Origin: Tubulanus polymorphus
Taxonomy: Eukaryota > Animalia > Nemertea
Length of the DNA: 64,000 bases
Assembly (NCBI RefSeq): GCF_964204645.1
Contig: NC_134030.1
Span: 12,545,947-12,609,946, forward strand
Direction: 5' to 3'
The notes beneath the pieces were generated by a model that saw only the letters and a list, made by a program, of their open reading frames with translations, was not told the DNA's origin and searched no databases. Made by a program: the position numbers and the translations under genes. Shown in pieces: positions 28,401 through 40,400 of this stretch (within the stretch, counting starts at the first letter, position 1; every line of letters begins with the position of its first letter).

Positions 28401-31400
28401 ACGGGAGAGTCACTCTTGATCTGAGTTATTAGAACTAGGGGTCCAGGGACACCATGCCCACTTGGGAAGTGGTTCCAAATGCTCAACAATCTAACAATTC
28501 AGGTATCAAAGGTATAAAACATCCCTTTTCAAAGAATACCCATCACAAACTGCAATGAGAAATGGCAAACTCAGAATTCGGGCCAAAATTGAAATTTTTG
28601 GACACTAAAAAAGGTCATAGGACGGCCATCTTGAGTCCGTATCCCAATTTTTGTTATGCTGATGGGCCCAGGGGGCATTCACATATATACGAAAGATCAA
28701 GGTAATTGATCGTAGCATCTTCAAAATTTCCCTCAAAAAGTTCAAAAATGTGTAAAAAGTGTTGATTTTGGCGAATAACAATGGCTGCCAGTCGGCCATC
28801 TTGATTCTGACAGCCAGTTTTTGGGCTGAAGATCTGTCTAGGGTAGATACATGTGTAACCCAAATATCAAGACATTACCTTGAAGCGTCTTCAAAACTTC
28901 CCAAAATAACTGATTTCCGTCTACGGACACACAACGGACGAAAAGTGAACGCAATAGCCCGCTGGGACTAAAGTCCCAAGTGGGCTAAAAATCATGTTCA
29001 TTTAGTTATAGAAATTCATTGTTTTTTTTGAGTTTCTGTAATAATATTTGTTCTGCCCTAATTTTTATTACTGTATAAACCAATGATATGCTTTGTAAAT
29101 ATGATGTAATAAAATAAATTTGAATTAAATTTGAACATGAGAATCAAGCATAACTTGTGTTTTTTCAACTTGTCTTACTTGTCTTTTGTTAACAGTTCCA
29201 GAGTTTCAATTACAATCAAATCCAAATTGGCTAAAAAGTACATAGGACTAAATGAAATGAACCGTTAGTTACTGCAAACCTATTCCAGTGTTATGTCGAT
29301 CGTGTTGAATCACTTTCCTTGAGTTAAAAGAATCAGATCTTCTATGGTACAACATCGGTCGAAGAGAGATATCTTGGTGTTGACGGTCCTTGACCATCTA
29401 ACTTCATGCGTTTGACATTGGAATCAGCATCATACCCATTTGAACTGCAAAATATTCATACAACATGAAAACCTATAGTACATGTATACAGTAATCAAAC
29501 TTTCACCGATGTTGGATATTTGAATGAACATTAGGTTTATTTCAGTATTCTATAGCAGGAAATAATAAGCCCAATCAATAGGCCCTATTCCCATTGGAAC
29601 AATTGTATAATGCGTACAGCTGTACCGTACACTTATCAGTCAAGAATGGAGAAATCGATATACCAAACCTACGAACAGCAAAATGTACAGGCCTACAATG
29701 ATTTCTGGTATACAAGCCTTGACCACATGAACGTTTTGGTTTGACTATTAATGTCAGCAGGTCAGAGAAAGCCTGGCCAAACTTAATCACATGGCTCAAA
29801 TCAATTAGTCTTTCTGCGTGTGAATATTTCACTGTATTGTTTTAAAAATAGGCCTATCGAGTGAATTAGTACATAGACTGAATTAGACTTTAGGCTAGTC
29901 CTGACCAAATCCTATCCATGTTATAATGGCACCAGTTAGGCCCTATAGTAACATCACTGGAGGGCCGACAAGAGGGAAAAAGTTGTGTTTGTAGTACATA
30001 GGCATGGTAGGCTTGTCGTACTCACGTAATACTTAAAACGCTGTTGTTACCTGTACGTGACTGTACGGTGATTTCTACAGGTTAGCCGTATGTGAGTACG
30101 TTAACGCTCAGACTTGCAATATTGGGATTCGAAACCAAACGAAAAAAAATCCAGTTGAAGTCCGGTGATTTACCCACTGTGCCACAGAACATAACTGCAG
30201 GGTGGATGAAATTTGATTTATAAATAGCCTAGCCTCACCTAACCCAAACTCTATTCTTTCACGCATGCGCGTTTCCAGATTATAGGCCTAGGAACTCACG
30301 TACGGCGTTTTTAGGGAACTCACGAACGGTTAACCTGTGGATATCACTGTACAGTCACGTACGGGTAACAACTTCGTATATACTTAAAATGGTATTGGCT
30401 ACTAGGAACTCACGTACGGCGTTAGTAGGGAACTCACGTACGGCGTTAGTAGGGAACTCACGTACGGTTAACCTGTGGGGAGATCACCGTACAGTCACGT
30501 ACGGGTAACAACTATGTACTTAAAATGCTATTGGGTACTATATAATAGGCCTATATATATAGACAAATAAATACCGGTAGGTAGGCTTTCTTGCTTAGCT
30601 TCCACACTTCACAACCGAACCAACCAGTATATTTATTCCCAGTACGCACCAACCGGCATAGGCCTAACACTGTTTGTCAACTGTGTGTACCGTAGTAGGC
30701 TATCGATAATCACCTGATACTTTTCTGTGGTTTGTTTTCTCTCTGAGTCGAACGTAATTCCTAATTCTAGTAGCCCTCCGCGACTCAACGACCTTGATTT
30801 AAACTTGATCAATTCAAAATATGTTTATTGACGCTTTTCGTTACATGAACTGATCAGCAATATACTTAAATGAAATAACCGGAATAACAAGAAATCCAAA
30901 ATATTAAAGAGGTAACAAACAAATTGCCGTAAACCTGTCAGACACGCGAACGCCGGACTCGTAAACTCTTGGACTCGGACCCGCTGAGCAATAAATTCAT
31001 AAAATTGACTTTGAAATTGATTGTGGAGAAGAGAGGGAATAATTCGATAGCTCTTCCTCGAAAAGAAGAGAGATATTTCTGAAAGAAAACACAACATGGC
31101 TACTAATTGAACGGAGCCAAATTTCCGATGTTTACGGCTCGACAGTGCCTTTATAACGTGGATTTATCAACATTCCCATGCAGTATCTGGAGATTGAAGT
31201 GAGCTGAAGGATATCATGCGGATTGTATCGGCGACAGCGGTAAGGTAAGGAAGCCTTTACACTTTTAACAAAAACTGTGTGGAAATGGGAAAAAAAAAAA
31301 AAAAAATATAGCTGCAAAGCAGCGATAACGGGTTTTCTGCACAGTCTTAGAATCCTGTTCAACGGTGGATTTCAACAAAGCATTTGATAAGGCTCAACAT

Positions 31401-34400
31401 CAGCCATTACTAAACAGGCTATAAGGAAACAGTATCAATGATAGGTCGCCCAAATGGCTCAGCAGTTATCTCTGAAAGGAAACTTGTAACCGAAATCAAC
31501 GGAACGCCTCATCTTGGAATAAGTCGGTCAAACTAGTGGAGTCACACAAGGTAGTATCCTAAGTTGTCTTCTGTTTAATGTCCTGACAAATGACATACAC
31601 AGTAATCCAACATATACCAGACCGAGTAAATTTCCAAATCGACCTTAACACGCTGTTCGACCAAAAAAATTAATGTTCCAAGAAAATCTTGTTCGAATAA
31701 AAATAATTCTGTTTGATCCAACAATACGCTTTTTGCTTGAACCAAAAATTTTCTTCATTCTGACAAAAAATGTGTTCGAATAAAAAGCTATGTTATTGTT
31801 GAAATGAAAAATTTTTAGTCCCAGCAAAAAAATTTGGTTGAGCGAAAACAATTTTTTCGGAACGAATGCTTGAATGAAAACAATTCTGTTCGATTGAACG
31901 AAATACTTAATACTTTCGGTTCGGAAAAAAAAACTTTTTTCAATATACTTGTTCGAACGAAAAACTTAATGTTCTGACAAGAAAATTCTGTTCAAATTAA
32001 AACGATTCTGTTCAATTGAACGATTGTTCGAACGAAAAACCTTTCGTTTGGACAAAAAAAAAGTTTGTTCAACTTTGTTCTAGCGATTTTTTCAAATTGG
32101 TTCAATCGTATAGAATATTATTGGTTCGAACGAAATAAATTTTGTTCCGACGAATTTTCAAGCGAAAGGTCTTTTGAACGAAAAAAAAAAGATATTTCTG
32201 GTGCTCCGCAGTAACTTAAAGCCGGACGGAGGTTGGTCTTGTGACACGATGCGATCCTCATGTGCATCGCAAGTTTCGGTGCAAGTCGGTTGCAATACGA
32301 TTGTGTACGACTAGTTTCTGCCAGTCGCAAGAGCGCGTCGGTTGGTTGTGACAGTCGTGTCGCGTCCCAGAAAGTAGAACACGTATGACTCCATGTGACT
32401 GGCGTTGCTGAAAGATGAGGACGCCAGTGATATGACGACTGTACGGAAGCGATACAGGGCCTCGAGTTGTCAGATTAATCAGATTAATCGACTTCAAAAT
32501 GGGCGAAAGCATAAGTCTTTATTACGTTATTAATTGGCCTAATTATTCAAAAGCTAATAAAGTGGGCGACAAAACCAAAATAATCAATTGTCGTGGGCGA
32601 TAATCCAAAATAATCAATTGTCGCTGGCGATAAAACCAAAATATTGAATTGTCGCGGTCGACAAAACCAAAAAAATCAATTGTCGCGGGTGATAAAACCA
32701 AAATTTTGAATTGTCGAGAGCGACAAAACCAAACTAATGAATTGTCGCGGGCGAAAAAACAAAAATAATGAATTGTGGCGGGCGATAAAACCAAAATAAT
32801 GAATTGCCGCTGCCGATAAAACCAAAATATTGAGTTGTCGCAGGCGATAAAACCAAAATATTGAATTGTCGCGTGGGACAAAACCAAAATATAGAATTGT
32901 CGCGAGCGACAAAACCAAAAAAATGAATTGTCGCGGGCGATAAAACCAAAATCTTGAATTGTCGCGGGCGACAAAACCAAAATATTGAATTGTCGCGAGC
33001 GACAAAACCAAAAAAATGAATTGTCGCGGGCGATAAAACCAAAATCTTGAATTGTCGCGGGCGACAAAACCAAAATATTGAATTGTCGCGGGCGACAAAA
33101 CCAAACTAATGAATTGTCGCGCGCGATAAAACCAAAATAATGAATTGTCGCGGGCGATAAAACCAAAATAATGAATTGTCGCTGGCGATAAAACCAAAAT
33201 ATTGAATTGTCGCGGGCGATAAAACCAAAATAATCAATTGTCGTGGGCGACAAAACCAAAAAAATGAATTGTCGCGGGCGATAAAACCAAAATCTTGAAT
33301 TGTCGCGGGCGACAAAACCAAAATATTGAATTGTCGCGGGCGACAAAACCAAACTAATGAATTGTCGCGGGCGATAAAACCAAAATAATGAATTGTCGCG
33401 GGCGATAAAACCAAAATAATCAATTGTCGCGGGCGACAAAACCAAAAAAATGAATTGTCGCGGGCGATAAAACCAAAATCTTGAATTGTCGCGGGCGACA
33501 AAACCAAAATCTTGAATTGTCGCGGGCGACAAAACCAAAATATTGAATTGTCGCGGGCGACAAAACCAAACTAATGAATTGTCGCGGGCGACAAAACCAA
33601 ACTAATGAATTGTCGCGGGCGACAAAACCAAACTAATGAATTGTCGCGGGCGATAAAACCAAAATAATGAATTGTCGCTGGTGATAAAACCAAAATATTG
33701 AATTGGCGCAGGCGATAAAACCGCGACAAAAAAAAAATTGTCGCAGGCGATAAAACCAAAATAATGAATTGTCGCGTGCAACAAAACCATAATAATGAAT
33801 TGTCGCGGGCGATAAAACCAAAATAATGAATTGTCGCGGGCGATAAAACCAAAATATTGAATTGTCCTGAGCGATTAAACCAAAATATTGATTTGTCGCG
33901 GGTGACAAAACCAAATTATTGAATTGTCGCGGGCGATAAAACCAAAATAATGAATTGTCAACCAAAATTATTGTTTTGTCGCGTTATTTTAGTTATGTCG
34001 TTTTGTCATAATGTCGCCCTCATTTGCATATACGTGTTTTTTTACACATGGCCCTTATCAGCCACCATACTAAAGCCTTAAGGTCGCGTAAAACTCGATA
34101 AACACTTCAAGGGACACAGCGAACGATCTCCTTTCCCCCACAGCGAACGCTTAACCTAGTAGAGGCTACTAGCCTATGTAGGCCTATGTATATGCGTAGG
34201 CCTAACATCCAGACAGATTGGTCTTAGGCCTATTGAATAACTACCCACCTAAATATCGTAAATTTTGTTTTGAAGTTCAATCCAATGAGTCCGTTAATAA
34301 ACGCAACAATTATACTGTGTCTGTTTGAGACAGTAAAGCTCAGTTCCAGTAGGCCTAAAGCCGCGTCAAACTCGATAAACACTTCAAGCGACACATCGAA

Positions 34401-37400
34401 CGATCCCCCTTCCCCCACAGCGAACGCTTACTCCGAATGTCAAGTGTGAGTCCAGCATACGGAAAGGATTGTGTTATATACTTGTATTTAGTAAATACCT
34501 TGTGCATTTGACAATGATCGGTATGTACTGTAGGAAATATAGAGTATTGATGGTATTGATATAGAGGTTGAAGCCCGCGGCCGAATAAAGTAATATATTC
34601 TTTTATTTTGATACCTCGTCGACATAACAGCTTTTCTCCGCTATATCTCTTCGGCGTGTTTCGTTTAGGCCTACGACTCCCCGGTACACTTATGATTTAT
34701 CTTAGTAAATACACGGTTAATTTGATAAAGAAAAATAGGTATTGCTAAACTAATTGCAAGACGCCAGCAGCCAAATCACTGGTAGTAATAAATTAATTTG
34801 TACTCGATTTGATTCCCATGATGAGGTGAAACTCGTAGCTGATCCCCGGAACGACGATGTAGTGACACACGTCGATTCGTCGATGTTTACGGCTCGACAG
34901 TGCTTTTAAAATCTAAAGTAGGTAATTTCCTGTATATCGGTAATACGATTTGATAAGGAAAATGGGCTATTGTTAAAATTAGTTTTTATAAACCGCGACA
35001 GAATGTGCAATCTTTGGGTAATAAATTTGTTAATTTATGCTTGAATTGATAATTGATGTGACAAGAAACGTGCGGTAGATTTCGGAAAGAGGACTTAGAA
35101 AAACATGTCGGCTCTTTGAATGGGGCTCAATTTTCGATGTTTACGGCCCGACAGTGCTTTTGTAACGATGATTCTTCAAAATACGCACGGGGTATTTGTA
35201 GATCGAAGTGAGCTGAATGATATCAGACGGATTGTATCGACAACAGCGTCAAGGTAACAAAGCTTTTGTTCTTTTAGTAAAAATAGTGTGGAAGAAAATA
35301 ATAATAATAATAATCACGCGGATATCAATAGGGTTTTCTGTGAAATAACAGAAAACCCTAATAATCACGCGAATTTCAATAGGGTTTTCTGTGAAGACAC
35401 AGAAAACCCTAATAATGATAAGAAACACGCGAATCTCAATAGGGTTTTCTGTGATGTAACAGAAAACCCTAATAATTTCATTTGTATAGTGCCCTTTCCG
35501 TTGTGTAAAAATTTTTAACGGCGCCATTGATAGCTAAACTTTATATGCAGCTTTGAACAGGATTTAGGTTTGCATCTGAATGACAGAACTGATGTCTCTG
35601 AAAGGAGTGATGGTGGTAGAGAATTCCAGAACATGGCATGAGCAACAACTTTGTAACTGATTGCAGTTACAAAATATGCATAAGTACCAATATGAATAGA
35701 TAAATTGTATAAGATTTAATATTTAACTCCACTCCAAGGCAAGAACAAAAGATTGGGTGATCCCATTGCTATGTGATATGTATCCCATGAGCGTGCTAAT
35801 GATAATCAAATATTAAGACTAGAATTCAAAAAGCTATAGACATTTTCCTCTGAAAGTCTTTTTCCATCTACGGATGAGGATCTGATATACTAAAGATCTC
35901 CTCCCAAAGAACACAAATGACAAATTTCAATAGAAAATAGCGACTTATGAGGTAGGAAGCTACAAGCCTCGAAATTCTGGCCAAAATAGATCTTTTGGGC
36001 ACAGAAGGTGACAGGATGGCTATCGGTGGCTGATTGACCTAATTTTACTTAAGATCATGGGCCCTTAAGGGATAAAGTACAGGGAAAATGTTTTTATCAA
36101 CTACACTCTTATATTGAAGCAACGTATGCTAGCAATATAAGATGGGTCACCTCTGGAGAGGGTGCGAAAAAGGTTATCATGTAGAAGTCCAGGGAGACAC
36201 CATGCCCACTTGGGAAGTGGTTTCAAATGCTCAACAATCTAACAATTTCAATATTCAACGCCCCCTGGTGGCCATATACAAAAACCAATGACCTTGAAAC
36301 TCACCACAATCATACAACACGTTAAGCTACAACTTTCTAATTCATTGCGGTAACAAAATATGCTTAGGTATCAATATAATGTGGAAAAACTTTTCCCACC
36401 TACGAATGAGTACTGATGACACCAAGATGGCCGCCAATTGCGTCATAATTGGCTGATCAAAAATACCTGTCCCAGGTATAAAACATCCCTTTCCAAAGAA
36501 TACCCATCAGCAATTGCAATGTGAAATGGCAAACCAGTAGGAAGCTACAGGACTCAGAATTCAGGCCAAAATTGACATTTTTGGGCACTTAAAAAGTCAT
36601 AGGACGGCCATCTTCAATCCGATCGACCCAATTTTGTTATGCTGATGGGCCCTGTATTCAAATATATACGAACCATCAAGGTAATTGATCAAAGCGTCTT
36701 CAAAATTTCCCTCAAAAAGTTCAAAAATGTGTAAAAAGTGCTGATTTTGGCGAACAACAATGGCTGCCAGTCGGCCATCTTGAATCTGAGAGGGCCTGTT
36801 TTTGGGCTGAAGATGTGTCTAGGGTAGATACATGTGTAACCCAAAAATCAAGACATTCCATTGAAGCGTCTTCAAAACTTCCCAAAATAACTGGCGGACG
36901 AACGTCTGGACGGACGAAAAGTGAACGCAATAGCCCGCTGGGGCTTAAGTACCAAGTGGGCTTAAAAGTCGTTTATCCTTACATAAATCCAGCCAGCTAA
37001 GCAATGGCTATGTACGAGAAATGTATTGAGGGAAATTTCCCCCACAGCGAACGCTTACTCCGAATGTCAAGTGTGAGTCCAGCATACGGAAAGGATTGTG
37101 TTATATACTTGTATTTAGTAAATACCTTGTGCATTTGACAATGATCGGTATGTACTGTAGGAAATATAGAGTATTGATGGTATTGATATAGAGGTTGAAG
37201 CCCGCGGCCGAATAAAGTAATATATTCTTTTATTTTGATACCTCGTCGACATAACAGCTTTTCTCCGCTATATCTCTTCGGCGTGTTTCGTTTAGGCCTA
37301 CGACTCCCCGGTACACTTATGATTTATCTTAGTAAATACACGGTTAATTTGATAAAGAAAAATAGGTATTGCTAAACTAATTGCAAGACGCCAGCAGCCA

Positions 37401-40400
37401 AATCACTGGTAGTAATAAATTAATTTGTACTCGATTTGATTCCCATGATGAGGTGAAACTCGTAGCTGATCCCCGGAACGACGATGTAGTGACACACGTC
37501 GATTCGTCGATGTTTACGGCTCGACAGTGCTTTTAAAATCTAAAGTAGGTAATTTCCTGTATATCGGTAATACGATTTGATAAGGAAAATGGGCTATTGT
37601 TAAAATTAGTTTTTATAAACCGCGACAGAATGTGCAATCTTTGGGTAATAAATTTGTTAATTTATGCTTGAATTGATAATTGATGTGACAAGAAACGTGC
37701 GGTAGATTTCGGAAAGAGGACTTAGAAAAACATGTCGGCTCTTTGAATGGGGCTCAATTTTCGATGTTTACGGCCCGACAGTGCTTTTGTAACGATGATT
37801 CTTCAAAATACGCACGGGGTATTTGTAGATCGAAGTGAGCTGAATGATATCAGACGGATTGTATCGACAACAGCGTCAAGGTAACAAAGCTTTTGTTCTT
37901 TTAGTAAAAATAGTGTGGAAGAAAATAATAATAATAATAATCACGCGGATATCAATAGGGTTTTCTGTGAAATAACAGAAAACCCTAATAATCACGCGAA
38001 TTTCAATAGGGTTTTCTGTGAAGACACAGAAAACCCTAATAATGATAAGAAACACGCGAATCTCAATAGGGTTTTCTGTGATGTAACAGAAAACCCTAAT
38101 AATTTCATTTGTATAGTGCCCTTTCCGTTGTGTAAAAATTTTTAACGGCGCCATTGATAGCTAAACTTTATATGCAGCTTTGAACAGGATTTAGGTTTGC
38201 ATCTGAATGACAGAACTGATGTCTCTGAAAGGAGTGATGGTGGTAGAGAATTCCAGAACATGGCATGAGCAACAACTTTGTAACTGATTGCAGTTACAAA
38301 ATATGCATAAGTACCAATATGAATAGATAAATTGTATAAGATTTAATATTTAACTCCACTCCAAGGCAAGAACAAAAGATTGGGTGATCCCATTGCTATG
38401 TGATATGTATCCCATGAGCGTGCTAATGATAATCAAATATTAAGACTAGAATTCAAAAAGCTATAGACATTTTCCTCTGAAAGTCTTTTTCCATCTACGG
38501 ATGAGGATCTGATATACTAAAGATCTCCTCCCAAAGAACACAAATGACAAATTTCAATAGAAAATAGCGACTTATGAGGTAGGAAGCTACAAGCCTCGAA
38601 ATTCTGGCCAAAATAGATCTTTTGGGCACAGAAGGTGACAGGATGGCTATCGGTGGCTGATTGACCTAATTTTACTTAAGATCATGGGCCCTTAAGGGAT
38701 AAAGTACAGGGAAAATGTTTTTATCAACTACACTCTTATATTGAAGCAACGTATGCTAGCAATATAAGATGGGTCACCTCTGGAGAGGGTGCGAAAAAGG
38801 TTATCATGTAGAAGTCCAGGGAGACACCATGCCCACTTGGGAAGTGGTTTCAAATGCTCAACAATCTAACAATTTCAATATTCAACGCCCCCTGGTGGCC
38901 ATATACAAAAACCAATGACCTTGAAACTCACCACAATCATACAACACGTTAAGCTACAACTTTCTAATTCATTGCGGTAACAAAATATGCTTAGGTATCA
39001 ATATAATGTGGAAAAACTTTTCCCACCTACGAATGAGTACTGATGACACCAAGATGGCCGCCAATTGCGTCATAATTGGCTGATCAAAAATACCTGTCCC
39101 AGGTATAAAACATCCCTTTCCAAAGAATACCCATCAGCAATTGCAATGTGAAATGGCAAACCAGTAGGAAGCTACAGGACTCAGAATTCAGGCCAAAATT
39201 GACATTTTTGGGCACTTAAAAAGTCATAGGACGGCCATCTTCAATCCGATCGACCCAATTTTGTTATGCTGATGGGCCCTGTATTCAAATATATACGAAC
39301 CATCAAGGTAATTGATCAAAGCGTCTTCAAAATTTCCCTCAAAAAGTTCAAAAATGTGTAAAAAGTGCTGATTTTGGCGAACAACAATGGCTGCCAGTCG
39401 GCCATCTTGAATCTGAGAGGGCCTGTTTTTGGGCTGAAGATGTGTCTAGGGTAGATACATGTGTAACCCAAAAATCAAGACATTCCATTGAAGCGTCTTC
39501 AAAACTTCCCAAAATAACTGGCGGACGAACGTCTGGACGGACGAAAAGTGAACGCAATAGCCCGCTGGGGCTTAAGTACCAAGTGGGCTTAAAAGTCGTT
39601 TATCCTTACATAAATCCAGCCAGCTAAGCAATGGCTATGTACGAGAAATGTATTGAGGGAAATTTCCCCCACAGCGAACGCTTACTCCGAATGTCAAGTG
39701 TGAGTCCAGCATACGGAAAGGATTGTGTTATATACTTGTATTTAGTAAATACCTTGTGCATTTGACAATGATCGGTATGTACTGTAGGAAATATAGAGTA
39801 TTGATGGTATTGATATAGAGGTTGAAGCCCGCGGCCGAATAAAGTAATATATTCTTTTATTTTGATACCTCGTCGACATAACAGCTTTTCTCCGCTATAT
39901 CTCTTCGGCGTGTTTCGTTTAGGCCTACGACTCCCCGGTACACTTATGATTTATCTTAGTAAATACACGGTTAATTTGATAAAGAAAAATAGGTATTGCT
40001 AAACTAATTGCAAGACGCCAGCAGCCAAATCACTGGTAGTAATAAATTAATTTGTACTCGATTTGATTCCCATGATGAGGTGAAACTCGTAGCTGATCCC
40101 CGGAACGACGATGTAGTGACACACGTCGATTCGTCGATGTTTACGGCTCGACAGTGCTTTTAAAATCTAAAGTAGGTAATTTCCTGTATATCGGTAATAC
40201 GATTTGATAAGGAAAATGGGCTATTGTTAAAATTAGTTTTTATAAACCGCGACAGAATGTGCAATCTTTGGGTAATAAATTTGTTAATTTATGCTTGAAT
40301 TGATAATTGATGTGACAAGAAACGTGCGGTAGATTTCGGAAAGAGGACTTAGAAAAACATGTCGGCTCTTTGAATGGGGCTCAATTTTCGATGTTTACGG

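Larger units (their letters stand above)
20887..35476 (-). mobile_element. Nest of three family-B HINE-like elements (plus-strand left ends at ~20887, ~27826, ~31305; three right-end hairpins at 35329-35471)
   Basis: Left end AATATAGCTGCAAAGCAGCGATRACGGGTTTTCT (hairpin plus subTIR) occurs three times; shared bodies 26990-27825, 31120-31304, 34430-35320. Confidence 0.7.

Noticed and set aside
22798-33965. Long minus-strand ORFs (300, 331 aa etc.) with 31-aa periodicity
   Set aside because: Artefacts of a 31-bp satellite lacking stop codons on one strand; open in all frames.
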